64,000 nucleotides of DNA from Malacoraja senta. Its lineage: Eukaryota. Positions 25,516 to 40,500 of the stretch are shown in pieces. The translations under genes were made by a program, and so were the position numbers. The stretch lies in contig JAXLNO010000094.1 in NCBI GenBank assembly GCA_038087875.1, positions 1 to 64,000 of the forward strand, in the 5' to 3' direction. The notes beneath the pieces were generated by a model, which saw only the letters and a list, made by a program, of their open reading frames with translations, ran no database searches and had not been told where the DNA came from. Numbering within the stretch: the stretch's first letter is position 1; each line of letters starts with the position of its first letter.

Positions 25516-28500
25516 CTTTGATTTTTAGGGTGTTATTGGGTTGAAGTAAAAATGCTCTGCAAAGGGTAGTTTGGTGTTTTTTTGGGTTGAAGTGAAAAGA
25601 CACTTGAAATGGTTATTTGGGGACGGTTTGGGTTGACGTGAAAAGGCACTGCAAAGTGTTGTTTGGGGGGTGTTTGGGTTGAAGTAAAAATGCACTGCAA
25701 ACGGTTGTTTCGGTTGAAGTAAAAATGCACTGCAAAATTTTGATTTGGTTGAAGTAAAAATGCACTGCAAATGGGTGTTTGGGGGGTTGTAGGTTGAAGT
25801 AAAAATGCACTGTAAATGGTCGTTTGGGGGGTTTTGGGTTGAAGTCAAAATGCACTGCAAATGGTTGTTTGGGGTGGTTTTGGGTTGAAGTAAAAATGCA
25901 CTGCAAATGGTTGTTTGGGGGGGGTTTGGGTTGAAGTTAAATGCACTGCAAATGGTTGTTTGGGGTGGTTTTGGGTTGAAGTAAAAATGTACTGCAAATG
26001 GTTGTTTGGGGGGGGGTTGGGTTGAAGTTAAATGCACTGCAAATGATTGTTTGGGGGGTTATTGGGTTGAAGTAAAAATGCACTGCAAAGGGTAGTTTGG
26101 GGGGTTTTGGGTTGAAGTGAAAAGGCACTGCAAATGGTTGTTTGGGGGTGTTTTGGTTTGAAGTAAAAATGCACTACAAATGGTTGTTTGGGTTGAAGTA
26201 AAAATGCACTTCAAATGGTTCTTTGGGCGGTTATTGGGTTGAATTAAAATGCATTGCAAATGATTTTTAGGGGGTTATTGGGTTGAAGTAAAAATGCTCT
26301 GCAAAGGGTAGTTTGGTGTTTTTTTGGGTTGAAGTGAAAAGGCACTTGAAATGGTTATTTGGGGACGGTTTGGGTTGACGTGAAAAGGCACTGCAAAGTG
26401 TTGTTTGGGGGGTGTTTGGGTTGAAGTAAAAATGCACTGCAAACGGTTGTTTCGGTTGAAGTAAAAATGCACTGCAAAATTTTGATTTGGTTGAAGTAAA
26501 AATGCACAGCAAATGGGTGTTTGGGGGGTTGTGGGTTGAAGTAAAAATGCACTGTAAATGGTCGTTTGGGGGGTTTTGGGTTGAAGTCAAAATGCACTGC
26601 AAATGGTTGTTTGGGGTGGTTTTGGGTTGAAGTAAAAATGCACTGCAAATGGTTGTTTGGGGGGGGGGTTGGGTTGAAGTTAAATGCACTGCAAATGGTT
26701 GTTTGGGGTGGTTTTGGGTTGAAGTAAAAATGCACTGCAAATGGTTGTTTGGGGGGTGTTTGGGTTGAAGTTAAATGCACTGCAAATGATTGTTTGGGGG
26801 GTTATTGGGTTGAAGTAAAAATGCACTGCAAAGGGTAGTTTGGGGGGTTTTGGGTTGAAGTGAAAAGGCACTGCAAATGGTTGTTTGGGGGGGTTTTGGT
26901 TTGAAGTAAAAATGCACTACAAATGGTTGTTTGGGTTGAAGTAAAAATGCACTTCAAATGGTTCTTTGGGCGGTTATTGGGTTGAATTAAAATGCATTGC
27001 AAATGATTTTTAGGGGGTTATTGGGTTGAAGTAAAAATGCTCTGCAAAGGGTAGTTTGGTGTTTTTTTGGGTTGAAGTGAAAAGGCACTTGAAATGGTTA
27101 TTTGAGGACGGTTTGGGTTGACGTGAAAAGGCACTGCAAAGTGTTGTTTGGGGGGTGTTTGTGTTGAAGTAAAAATGCACTGCAAACGGTTGTTTCGGTT
27201 GAAGTAAAAATGCACTGCAAAATTTTGATTTGGTTGAAGTAAAAATGCACAGCAAATGGGTGTTTGGGGGGTTGTGGGTTGAAGTAAAAATGCACTGTAA
27301 ATGGTCGTTTGGGGGGTTTTGGGTTGAAGTCAAAATGCACTGCAAACGGTTGTTTGGGGTGGTTTTGGGTTGAAGTAAAAATGCACTGCAAATGGTTGTT
27401 TGGGGGGGGGGTTGGGTTGAAGTTAAATGCACTGCAAATGGTTGTTTGGGGTGGTTTTGGGTTGAAGTAAAAATGCACTGCAAATGGTTGTTTGGGGGGT
27501 GTTTGGGTTGAAGTTAAATGCACTGCAAATGATTGTTTGGGGGGTTATTGGGTTGAAGTAAAAATGCACTGCAAATGGTAGTTTGGGGGGTTTTGGGTTG
27601 AAGTGAAAAGGCACTGCAAATGGTTGTTTGGGGGGGTTTTGGTTTGAAGTAAAAATGCACTACAAATGGTTGTTTGGGTTGAAGTAAAAATGCACTTCAA
27701 ATGGTTCTTTGGGCGGTTATTGGGTTGAATTAAAATGCATTGCAAATGATTTTTAGGGGGTTATTGGGTTGAAGTAAAAATGCTCTGCAAAGGGTAGTTT
27801 GGTGTTTTTTTGGGTTGAAGTGAAAAGGCACTTGAAATGGTTGTTTGGGGACGGTTTGGGTTGACGTAAAAAGGCACTGCAAAGTGTTGTTTGGGAGGTG
27901 TTTGGGTTGAAGTAAAAATGCACTGCAAACGGTTGTTTCGGTTGAAGTAAAAATGCACTGCAAAATTTTGATTTGGTTGAAGTAAAAATGCACTGCAAAT
28001 GGGTGTTTGGGGGGTTGTGGGTTGAAGTAAAAATGCACTGTAAATGGTCGTTTGGGGGGTTTTGGGTTGAAGTCAAAATGCACTGCAAATGGTTGTTTGG
28101 GGTGGTTTTGGGTTGAAGTAAAAATGCACTGCAAATGGTTGTTTGGGGGGGGTTTGGGTTGAAGTTAAATGCACTGCAAATGGTTGTTTGGGGTGGTTTT
28201 GGGTTGAAGTAAAAATGCACTGCAAATGGTTGTTTGGGGGGGGTTTGGGTTGAAGTTAAATGCACTGCAAATGATTGTTTGGGGGGTTATTGGGTTGAAG
28301 TAAAAATGCACTGCAAAGGGTAGTTTGGGGGGTTTTGGGTTGAAGTGAAAAGGCACTGCAAATGGTTGTTTGGGGGGGTTTTGGTTTGAAGTAAAAATGC
28401 ACTACAAATGGTTGTTTGGGTTGAAGTAAAAATGCACTTCAAATGGTTCTTTGGGCGGTTATTGGGTTGAATTAAAATGCATTGCAAATGATTTTTAGGG

Positions 28501-31500
28501 GGTTATTGGGTTGAAGTAAAAATGCTCTGCAAAGGGTAGTTTGGTGTTTTTTTGGGTTGAAGTGAAAAGGCACTTGAAATGGTTATTTGGGGATGGTTTG
28601 GGTTGACGTGAAAAGGCACTGCAAAGTGTTGTTTGGGGGGTGTTTGGGTTGAAGTAAAAATGCACTGCAAACGGTTGTTTCGGTTGAAGTAAAAATGCAC
28701 TGCAAAATTTTGATTTGGTTGAAGTAAAAATGCACTGCAAATGGGTAGTTTGGGGGGTTTTGGGTTGAAGTGAAAAGGCACTGCAAATTGTTGTTTGGGG
28801 GGTTTTGGTTTGAAGTAAAAATGCACTACAAATGGTTGTTTGTGTTGAAGTAAAAATGCACTTCAAATGGTTCTTTGGGGGGTTATTGGGTTGAATTAAA
28901 ATGCATTGCAAATGATTTTTAGGGGGTTATTGGGTTGAAGTAAAAATGCTCTGCAAAGGGTAGTTTGGTGTTTTTTTGGGTTGAAGTGAAAAGGCACTTG
29001 AAATGGTTATTTGGGGACGGTTTGGGTTGACGTGAAAAGGCACTGCAAAGTGTTGTTTGGGGGGTGTTTGGGTTGAAGTAAAAATGCACTGCAAACGGTT
29101 GTTTCGGTTGAAGTAAAAATGCACTGCAAAATTTTGATTTGGTTGAAGTAAAAATGCACTGCAAATGGGTAGTTTGGGGGGTTTTGGGTTGAAGTGAAAA
29201 GGCACTGCAAATGGTTGTTTGGGGGGTTTTGGTTTGAAGTAAAAATGCACTACAAATGGTTGTTTGGGTTGAAGTAAAAATGCACTTCAAATGGTTCTTT
29301 GGGCGGTTATTGGGTTGAATTAAAATGCATTGCAAATGATTTTTAGGGGGTTATTGGGTTGAAGTAAAAATGCTCTGCAAAGGGTAGTTTGGTGTTTTTT
29401 TGGGTTGAAGTGAAAAGGCACTTGAAATGGTTATTTGGGGACAGTTTGGGTTGACGTGAAAAGGCACTGCAAAGTGTTGTTTGGGGGGTGTTTGGGTTGA
29501 AGTAAAAATGCACTGCAAACGGTTGTTTCGGTTGAAGTAAAAATGCACTGCAAAATTTTGATTTGGTTGAAGTAAAAATGCACTGCAAATGGGTGTTTGG
29601 GGGGTTGTGGGTTGAAGTAAAAATGCACTGTAAATGGTCGTTTGGGGGGTTTTGGGTTGAAGTCAAAATGCACTGCAAATGGTTGTTTGGGTGGTTTTGG
29701 GTTGAAGTAAAAATGCACTGCAAATGGTTGTTTGGGGGGGGTTTGGGTTGAAGTTAAATGCACTGCAAATGGTTGTTTGGGGTGGTTTTGGGTTGAAGTA
29801 AAAATGCACTGCAAATGGTTGTTTGGGGGGGGTTTGGGTTGAAGTTAAATGCACTGCAAATGATTGTTTGGGGGGTTATTGGGTTGAAGTAAAAATGCAC
29901 TGCAAAGGGTAGTTTGGGGGGTTTTGGGTTGAAGTGAAAAGGCACTGCAAATGGTTGTTTGGGGGGGTTTTGGTTTGAAGTAAAAATGCACTACAAATGG
30001 TTGTTTGGGTTGAAGTAAAAATGCACTTCAAATGGTTCTTTGGGCGGTTATTGGGTTGAATTAAAATGCATTGCAAATGATTTTTAGGGGGTTATTGGGT
30101 TGAAGTAAAAATGCTCTGCAAAGGGTAGTTTGGTGTTTTTTTGGGTTGAAGTGAAAAGGCACTTGAAATGGTTATTTGGGGACGGTTTGGGTTGACGTGA
30201 AAAGGCACTGCAAAGTGTTGTTTGGGGGGTGTTTGGGTTGAAGTAAAAATGCACTGCAAACGGTTGTTTCGGTTGAAGTAAAAATGCACTGCAAAATTTT
30301 GATTTGGTTGAAGTAAAAATGCACTGCAAATGGGTAGTTTGGGGGGTTTTTGGTTGAAGTGAAAAGGCACTGCAAATGGTTGTTTGGGGGGTTTTGGTTT
30401 GAAGTAAAAATGCACTACAAATGGTTGTTTGGGTTGAAGTAAAAATGCACTTCAAATGGTTCTTTGGGCGGTTATTGGGTTGAATTAAAATGCATTGCAA
30501 ATGATTTTTAGGGGGTTATTGGGTTGAAGTAAAAATGCTCTGCAAAGGGTAGTTTGGTGTTTTTTTGGGTTGAAGTGAAAAGGCACTTGAAATGGTTATT
30601 TGGGGACGGTTTGGGTTGACGTGAAAAGGCACTGCAAAGTGTTGTTTGGGGGTGTTTGGGTTGAAGTAAAAATGCACTGCAAACGGTTGTTTCGGTTGAA
30701 GTAAAAATGCACTGCAAAATTTTGATTTGGTTGAAGTAAAAATGCACTGCAAATGGGTAGTTTGGGGGGTTTTGGGTTGAAGTGAAAAGGCACTGCAAAT
30801 GGTTGTTTGGGGGGTTTTGGTTTGAAGTAAAAATGCACTACAAATGGTTGTTTGGGTTGAAGTAAAAATGCACTTCAAATGGTTCTTTGGGCGGTTATTG
30901 GGTTGAATTAAAATGCATTGCAAATGATTTTTAGGGGGTTATTGGGTTGAAGTAAAAATGCTCTGCAAAGGGTAGTTTGGTGTTTTTTTGGGTTGAAGTG
31001 AAAAGGCACTTGAAATGGTTATTTGGGGACGGTTTGGGTTGACGTGAAAAGGCACTGCAAAGTGTTGTTTGGGGGGTGTTTGGGTTGAAGTAAAAATGCA
31101 CTGCAAACGGTTGTTTCGGTTGAAGTAAAAATGCACTGCAAAATTTTGATTTGGTTGAAGTAAAAATGCACTGCAAATGGGTGTTTGGGGGGTTGTGGGT
31201 TGAAGTAAAAATGCACTGTAAATGGTCGTTTGGGGGGTTTTGGGTTGAAGTCAAAATGCACTGCAAATGGTTGTTTGGGGTGGTTTTGGGTTGAAGTAAA
31301 AATGCACTGCAAATGGTTGTTTGGGGGGGGGGGTTTGGGTTGAAGTTAAATGCACTGCAAATGGTTGTTTGGGGTGGTTTTGGGTTGAAGTAAAAATGCA
31401 CTGCAAATGGTTGTTTGGGGGGGGGGGTTTGGGTTGAAGTTAAATGCACTGCAAATGGTTGTTTGGGGTGGTTTTGGGTTGAAGTAAAAATGCACTGCAA

Positions 31501-34500
31501 ATGGTTGTTTGGGGGGTGTTTGGGTTGAAGTTAAATGCACTGCAAATGATTGTTTGGGGGGTTATTGGGTTGAAGTAAAAATGCACTGCAAAGGGTAGTT
31601 TGTGGGGTTTTGGGTTGAAGTGAAAAGGCACTGCAAATGGTTGTTTGGGGGGGTTTTGGTTTGAAGTAAAAATGCACTACAAATGGTTGTTTGGGTTGAA
31701 GTAAAAATGCACTTCAAATGGTTCTTTGGGCGGTTATTGGGTTGAATTAAAATGCATTGCAAATGATTTTTAGGGGGTTATTGGGTTGAAGTAAAAATGC
31801 TCTGCAAAGGGTAGTTTGGTGTTTTTTTGGGTTGAAGTGAAAAGGCACTTGAAATGGTTATTTGGGGACGGTTTGGGTTGATGTGAAAAGGCACTGCAAA
31901 GTGTTGTTTGGGGGGTGTTTGGGTTGAAGTAAAAATGCACTGCAAACGGTTGTTTCGGTTGAAGTAAAAATGCACTGCAAAATTTTGATTTGGTTGAAGT
32001 AAAAATGCACTGCAAATGGGTGTTTGGGGAGTTGTGGGTTGAAGTAAAAATGCACTGTAAATGGTCGTTTGGGAGGTTTTGGGTTGAAGTCAAAATGCAC
32101 TGCAAATGGTTGTTTGGGGTGGTTTTGGGTTGAAGTAAAAATGCACTGCAAATGGTTGTTTGGGGGGGGTTTGGGTTGAAGTTAAATGCACTGCAAATGG
32201 TTGTTTGGGGTGGTTTTGGGTTGAAGTAAAAATGCACTGCAAATGGTTGTTTGGGGGGGGTTTGGGTTGAAGTTAAATGCACTGCAAATGATTGTTTGGG
32301 GGGTTATTGGGTTGAAGTAAAAATGCACTGCAAAGGGTAGTTTGGGGGGTTTTGGGTTGAAGTGAAAAGGCACTGCAAATGGTTGTTTGGGGGGGTTTTG
32401 GTTTGAAGTAAAAATGCACTACAAATGGTTGTTTGGGTTGAAGTAAAAATGCACTTCAAATGGTTCTTTGGGCGGTTATTGGGTTGAATTAAAATGCATT
32501 GCAAATGATTTTTAGGGGGTTATTGGGTTGAAGTAAAAATGCTCTGCAAAGGGTAGTTTGGTGTTTTTTTGGGTTGAAGTGAAAAGGCACTTGAAATGGT
32601 TATTTGGGGACGGTTTGGGTTGACGTGAAAAGGCACTGCAAAGTGTTGTTTGCGGGGGTGTTTGGGTTGAAGTAAAAATGCACTGCAAACGGTTGTTTCG
32701 GTTGAAGTAAAAATGCACTGCAAAATTTTGATTGGTTGAAGTAAAAATGCACTGCAAATGGGTGTTTGGGGGGTTGTGGGTTGAAGTAAAAATGCACTGT
32801 AAATGGTCGTTTGGGGGGTTTTGGGTTGAAGTCAAAATGCACTGCAAATGGTTGTTTGGGTGGTTTTGGGTTGAAGTAAAAATGCACTGCAAATGGTTGT
32901 TTGGGGGGGGTTTGGGTTGAAGTTAAATGCACTGCAAATGGTTGTTTGGGGTGGTTTTGGGTTGAAGTAAAAATGCACTGCAAATGGTTGTTTGGGGGGG
33001 GTTTGGGTTGAAGTTAAATGCACTGCAAATGATTGTTTGGGGGGTTATTGGGTTGAAGTAAAAATGCACTGCAAAGGGTAGTTTGGGGGGTTTTGGGTTG
33101 AAGTGAAAAGGCACTGCAAATGGTTGTTTGGGGGGGTTTTGGTTTGAAGTAAAAATGCACTACAAATGGTTGTTTGGGTTGAAGTAAAAATGCACTTCAA
33201 ATGGTTCTTTGGGCGGTTATTGGGTTGAATTAAAATGCATTGCAAATGATTTTTAGGGGGTTATTGGGTTGAAGTAAAAATGCTCTGCAAAGGGTAGTTT
33301 GGTGTTTTTTTGGGTTGAAGTGAAAAGGCACTTGAAATGGTTATTTGGGGACGGTTTGGGTTGACGTGAAAAGGCACTGCAAAGTGTTGTTTGGGGGGTG
33401 TTTGGGTTGAAGTAAAAATGCACTGCAAACGGTTGTTTCGGTTGAAGTAAAAATGCACTGCAAAATTTTGATTTGGTTGAAGTAAAAATGCACTGCAAAT
33501 GGGTAGTTTGGGGGGTTTTGGGTTGAAGTGAAAAGGCACTGCAAATGGTTGTTTGGGGGGTTTTGGTTTGAAGTAAAAATGCACTACAAATGGTTGTTTG
33601 GGTTGAAGTAAAAATGCACTTCAAATGGTTCTTTGGGCGGTTATTGGGTTGAATTAAAATGCATTGCAAATGATTTTTAGGGGGTTATTGGGTTGAAGTA
33701 AAAATGCTCTGCAAAGGGTAGTTTGGTGTTTTTTTGGGTTGAAGTGAAAAGGCACTTGAAATGGTTATTTGGGGACGGTTTGGGTTGACGTGAAAAGGCA
33801 CTGCAAAGTGTTGTTTGGGGGGTGTTTGGGTTGAAGTAAAAATGCACTGCAAATGGTTGTTTCGGTTGAAGTAAAAATGCACTGCAAAATTTTGATTTGG
33901 TTGAAGTAAAAATGCACTGCAAATGGGTGTTTGGGGGGTTGTGGGTTGAAGTAAAAATGCACTGTAAATGGTCGTTTGGGGGGTTTTGGGTTGAAGTCAA
34001 AATGCACTGCAAATGGTTGTTTGGGGTGGTTTTGGGTTGAAGTAAAAATGCACTGCAAATGGTTGTTTGGGGGGGGGTTTTGGGTTGAAGTTAAATGCAC
34101 TGCAAATGGTTGTTTGGGGTGGTTTTGGGTTGAAGTAAAAATGCACTGCAAATGGTTGTTTGGGGGGGGGTTTGGGTTGAAGTTAAATGCACTGCAAATG
34201 GTTGTTTGGGGTGGTTTTGGGTTGAAGTAAATATGCACTGCAAATGGTTGTTTGGGGGGTGTTTGGGTGAAGTTAAATGCACTGCAAATGATTGTTTGGG
34301 GGGTTATTGGGTTGAAGTAAAAATGCACTGCAAAGGGTAGTTTGTGGGGTTTTGGGTTGAAGTGAAAAGGCACTGCAAATGGTTGTTTGGGGGGGTTTTG
34401 GTTTGAAGTAAAAATGCACTACAAATGGTTGTTTGGGTTGAAGTAAAAATGCACTTCAAATGGTTCTTTGGGCGGTTATTGGGTTGAATTAAAATGCATT

Positions 34501-37500
34501 GCAAATGATTTTTAGGGGGTTATTGGGTTGAAGTAAAAATGCTCTGCAAAGGGTAGTTTGGTGTTTTTTTGGGTTGAAGTGAAAAGGCACTTGAAATGGT
34601 TATTTGGGGACGGTTTGGGTTGATGTGAAAAGGCACTGCAAAGTGTTGTTTGGGGGGTGTTTGGGTTGAAGTAAAAATGCACTGCAAACGGTTGTTTCGG
34701 TTGAAGTAAAAATGCACTGCAAAATTTTGATTTGGTTGAAGTAAAAATGCACTGCAAATGGGTGTTTGGGGAGTTGTGGGTTGAAGTAAAAATGCACTGT
34801 AAATGGTCGTTTGGGAGGTTTTGGGTTGAAGTCAAAATGCACTGCAAATGGTTGTTTGGGGTGGCTTTGGGTTGAAGTAAAAATGCACTGCAAATGGTTG
34901 TTTGGGGGGGGTTTGGGTTGAAGTTAAATGCACTGCAAATGGTTGTTTGGGGTGGTTTTGGGTTGAAGTAAAAATGCACTGCAAATGGTTGTTTGGGGGG
35001 GGGTTTGGGTTGAAGTTAAATGCACTGCAAATGATTGTTTGGGGGGTTATTGGGTTGAAGTAAAAATGCACTGCAAAGGGTAGTTTGGGGTTTTTGGGTT
35101 GAAGTGAAAAGGCACTGCAAATGGTTGTTTGGGGGGGTTTTGGTTTGAAGTAAAATGCACTACAAATGGTTGTTTGGGTTGAAGTAAAAATGCACTTCAA
35201 ATGGTTCTTTGGGCGGTTATTGGGTTGAATTAAAATGCATTGCAAATTATTTTTAGGGGGTTATTGGGTTGAAGTAAAAATGCTCTGCAAAGGGTAGTTT
35301 GGTGTTTTTTTGGGTTGAAGTGAAAAGGCACTTGAAATGGTTATTTGGGGACGGTTTGGGTTGACGTGAAAAGGCACTGCAAAGTGTTGTTTGGGGGGTG
35401 TTTGGGTTGAAGTAAAAATGCACTGCAAATGGTTGTTTCGGTTGAAGTAAAAATGCACTGCAAAATTTTGATTTGGTTGAAGTAAAAATGCACTGCAAAT
35501 GGGTAGTTTGGGGGGTTTTGGGTTGAAGTGAAAAGGCACTGCAAATGGTTGTTTGGGGGGTTTTGGTTTGAAGTAAAAATGCACTACAAATGGTTGTTTG
35601 GGTTGAAGTAAAAATGCACTTCAAATGGTTCTTTGGGCGGTTATTGGGTTGAATTAAAATGCATTGCAAATGATTTTTAGGGGGTTATTGGGTTGAAGTA
35701 AAAATGCTCTGCAAAGGGTAGTTTGGTGTTTTTTTGGGTTGAAGTGAAAAGGCACTTGAAATGGTTATTTGGGGACGGTTTGGGTTGACGTGAAAAGGCA
35801 CTGCAAAGTGTTGTTTGGGGGGTGTTTGGGTTGAAGTAAAAATGCACTGCAAACGGTTGTTTCGGTTGAAGTAAAAATGCACTGCAAAATTTTGATTTGG
35901 TTGATGTAAAAATGCACTGCAAATGGGTGTTTGGGGGGTTGTGGGTTGAAGTAAAAATGCACTGTAAATGGTCGTTTGGGGGGTTTTGGGTTGAAGTCAA
36001 ATGCACTGCAAATGGTTGTTTGGGGTGGTTTTGGGTTGAAGTAAAAATGCACTGCAAATGGTTGTTTGGGGGGGGTTTGGGTTGAAGTTAAATGCACTGC
36101 AAATGGTTGTTTGGGGTGGTTTTGGGTTGAAGTAAAAATGCACTGCAAATGGTTGTTTGGGGGGGGGTTTGGGTTGAAGTTAAATGCACTGCAAATGGTT
36201 GTTTGGGGTGGTTTTGGGTTGAAGTAAAAATGCACTGCAAATGGTTGTTTGGGGGGTGTTTGGGTTGAAGTTAAATGCACTGCAAATGATTGTTTGGGGG
36301 GTTATTGGGTTGAAGTAAAAATGCACTGCAAAGGGTAGTTTGGGGGGTTTTGGGTTGAAGTGAAAAGGCACTGCAAATGGTTGTTTGGGGGGGTTTTGGT
36401 TTGAAGTAAAAATGCACTACAAATGGTTGTTTGGGTTGAAGTAAAAATGCACTTCAAATGGTTCTTTGGCGGTTATTGGGTTGAATTAAAATGCATTGCA
36501 AATGATTTTTAGGGGGTTATTGTGTTGAAGTAAAAATGCTCTGCAAAGGGTAGTTTGGTGTTTTTTTGGGTTGAAGTGAAAAGGCACTTGAAATGGTTAT
36601 TTGGGGACGGTTTGGGTTGACGTGAAAAGGCACTGCAAAGTGTTGTTTGGGGGGTGTTTGGGTTGAAGTAAAAATGCACTGCAAACGGTTGTTTCGGTTG
36701 AAGTAAAAATGCACTGCAAAATTTTGATTTGGTTGAAGTAAAAATGCACTGCAAATGGGTGTTTGGGGGGTTGTGGGTTGAAGTAAAAATGCACTGTAAA
36801 TGGTCGTTTGGGGGGTTTTGGGTTGAAGTCAAAATGCACTGCAAATGGTTGTTTGGGGTGGTTTTGGGTTGAAGTAAAAATGCACTGCAAATGGTTGTTT
36901 GGGGGGGGGTTTGGGTTGAAGTTAAATGCACTGCAAATGGTTGTTTGGGGTGGTTTTGGGTTGAAGTAAAAATGCACTGCAAATGGTTGTTTGGGGGGGG
37001 TTTGGGTTGAAGTTAAATGCACTGCAAATGAATGTTTGGGGGGTTATTGGGTTGAAGTAAAAATGCACTGCAAAGGGTAGTTTGGGGGGTTTTGGGTTGA
37101 AGTGAAAAGGCACTGCAAATGGTTGTTTGGGGGGGTTTTGGTTTGAAGTAAAAATGCACTACAAATGGTTGTTTGGGTTGAAGTAAAAATGCACTTCAAA
37201 TGGTTCTTTGGGCGGTTATTGGGTTGAATTAAAATGCATTGCAAATGATTTTTAGGGGGTTATTGGGTTGAAGTAAAAATGCTCTGCAAAGGGTAGTTTG
37301 GTGTTTTTTTGGGTTGAAGTGAAAAGGCACTTGAAATGGTTATTTGGGGACGGTATGGGTTGACGTGAAAAGGCACTGCAAAGTGTTGTTTGGGGGGTGT
37401 TTGGGTTGAAGTAAAAATGCACTGCAAACGGTTGTTTCGGTTGAAGTAAAAATGCACTGCAAAATTTTGATTTGGTTGAAGTAAAAATGCACTGCAAAGG

Positions 37501-40500
37501 GTAGTTTGGGGGGTTTTGGGTTGAAGTGAAAAGGCACTGCAAATGGTTGTTTGGGGGGGTTTTGGTTTGAAGTAAAAATGCACTACAAATGGTTGTTTGG
37601 GTTGAAGTAAAAATGCACTTCAAATGGTTCTTTGGGCGGTTATTGGGTTGAATTAAAATGCATTGCAAATGATTTTTAGGGGGTTATTGGGTTGAAGTAA
37701 AAATGCTCTGCAAAGGGTAGTTTGGTGTTTTTTTGGGTTGAAGTGAAAAGGCACTTGAAATGGTTATTTGGGGACGGTATGGGTTGACGTGAAAAGGCAC
37801 TGCAAAGTGTTGTTTGGGGGGTGTTTGGGTTGAAGTAAAAATGCACTGCAAACGGTTGTTTCGGTTGAAGTAAAAATGCACTGCAAAATTTTGATTTGGT
37901 TGAAGTAAAAATGCACTGCAAAGGGTAGTTTGGGGGGTTTTGGGTTGAAGTGAAAAGGCACTGCAAATGGTTGTTTGGGGGGGTTTTGGTTTGAAGTAAA
38001 AATGCACTACAAATGGTTGTTTGGGTTGAAGTAAAAATGCACTTCAAATGGTTCTTTGGGCGGTTATTGGGTTGAATTAAAATGCATTGCAAATGATTTT
38101 TAGGGGGTTATTGTTGAAGTAAAAATGCTCTGCAAAGGGTAGTTTGGTGTTTTTTTGGGTTGAAGTGAAAAGGCACTTGAAATGGTTATTTGGGGACGGT
38201 ATGGGTTGACGTGAAAAGGCACTGCAAAGTGTTGTTTGGGGGGTGTTTGGGTTGAAGTAAAAATGCACTGCAAACGGTTGTTTCGGTTGAAGTAAAAATG
38301 CACTGCAAAATTTTGATTTGGTTGAAGTAAAAATGCACTGCAAATGGGTGTTTGGGGGGTTGTGGGTTGAAGTAAAAATGCACTGTAAATGGTCGTTTGG
38401 GGGGTTTTGGGTTGAAGTCAAAATGCACTGCAAATGGTTGTTTGGGGTGGTTTTGGGTTGAAGTAAAAATGCACTGCAAATGGTTGTTTGGGGGGGGGGT
38501 TTGGGTTGAAGTTAAATGCACTGCAAATGGTTGTTTGGGGTGGTTTTGGGTTGAAGTAAAAATGCACTGCAAATGGTTGTTTGGGGGGGGGGTTTGGGTT
38601 GAAGTTAAATGCACTGCAAATGGTTGTTTGGGGTGGTTTTGGGTTGAAGTAAAAATGCACTGCAAATGGTTGTTTGGGGGGTGTTTGGGTTGAAGTTAAA
38701 TGCACTGCAAATGATTGTTTGGGGGGTTATTGGGTTGAAGTAAAAATGCACTGCAAAGGGTAGTTTGTGGGGTTTTGGGTTGAAGTGAAAAGGCACTGCA
38801 AATGGTTGTTTGGGGGGGTTTTGGTTTGAAGTAAAAATGCACTACAAATGGTTGTTTGGGTTGAAGTAAAAATGCACTTCAAATGGTTCTTTGGGCGGTT
38901 ATTGGGTTGAATTAAAATGCATTGCAAATGATTTTTAGGGGGTTATTGGGTTGAAGTAAAAATGCTCTGCAAAGGGTAGTTTGGTGTTTTTTTGGGTTGA
39001 AGTGAAAAGGCACTTGAAATGGTTATTTGGGGACGGTTTGGGTTGACGTGAAAAGGCACTGCAAAGTGTTGTTTGGGGGGTGTTTGGGTTGAAGTAAAAA
39101 TGCACTGCAAACGGTTGTTTCGGTTGAAGTAAAAATGCACTGCAAAATTTTGATTTGGTTGAAGTAAAAATGCACTGCAAATGGGTGTTTGGGGAGTTGT
39201 GGGTTGAAGTAAAAATGCACTGTAAATGGTCGTTTGGGAGGTTTTGGGTTGAAGTCAAAATGCACTGCAAATGGTTGTTTGGGGTGGTTTTGGGTTGAAG
39301 TAAAAATGCACTGCAAATGGTTGTTTGGGGGGGGTTTGGGTTGAAGTTAAATGCACTGCAAATGGTTGTTTGGGGTGGTTTTGGGTTGAAGTAAAAATGC
39401 ACTGCAAATGGTTGTTTGGGGGGGTTTGGGTTGAAGTTAAATGCACTGCAAATGATTGTTTGGGGGGTTATTGGGTTGAAGTAAAAATGCACTGCAAAGG
39501 GTAGTTTGGGGGGTTTTGGGTTGAAGTGAAAAGGCACTGCAAATGGTTGTTTGGGGGGGTTTTGGTTTGAAGTAAAAATGCACTACAAATGGTTGTTTGG
39601 GTTGAAGTAAAAATGCACTTCAAATGGTTCTTTGGGCGGTTATTGGGTTGAATTAAAATGCATTGCAAATGATTTTTAGGGGGTTATTGGGTTGAAGTAA
39701 AAATGCTCTGCAAAGGGTAGTTTGGTGTTTTTTTGGGTTGAAGTGAAAAGGCACTTGAAATGGTTATTTGGGGACGGTTTGGGTTGACGTGAAAAGGCAC
39801 TGCAAAGTGTTGTTTGGGGGGTGTTTGGGTTGAAGTAAAAATGCACTGCAAACGGTTGTTTCGGTTGAAGTAAAAATGCACTGCAAAATTTTGATTTGGT
39901 TGAAGTAAAAATGCACTGCAAATGGGTAGTTTGGGGGGTTTTGGGTTGAAGTGAAAAGGCACTGCAAATGGTTGTTTGGGGGGTTTTGGTTTGAAGTAAA
40001 AATGCACTACAAATGGTTGTTTGGGTTGAAGTAAAAATGCACTTCAAATGGTTCTTTGGGCGGTTATTGGGTTGAATTAAAATGCATTGCAAATGATTTT
40101 TAGGGGGTTATTGGGTTGAAGTAAAAATGCTCTGCAAAGGGTAGTTTGGTGTTTTTTTGGGTTGAAGTGAAAAGGCACTTGAAATGGTTATTTGGGGACG
40201 GTTTGGGTTGACGTGAAAAGGCACTGCAAAGTGTTGTTTGGGGGGTGTTTGGGTTGAAGTAAAAATGCACTGCAAACGGTTGTTTCGGTTGAAGTAAAAA
40301 TGCACTGCAAAATTTTGATTTGGTTGAAGTAAAAATGCACTGCAAATGGGTGTTTGGGGGGTTGTGGGTTGAAGTAAAAATGCACTGTAAATGGTCGTTT
40401 GGGGGGTTTTGGGTTGAAGTCAAAATGCACTGCAAATGGTTGTTTGGGGTGGTTTTGGGTTGAAGTAAAAATGCACTGCAAATGGTTGTTTGGGGGGGGG

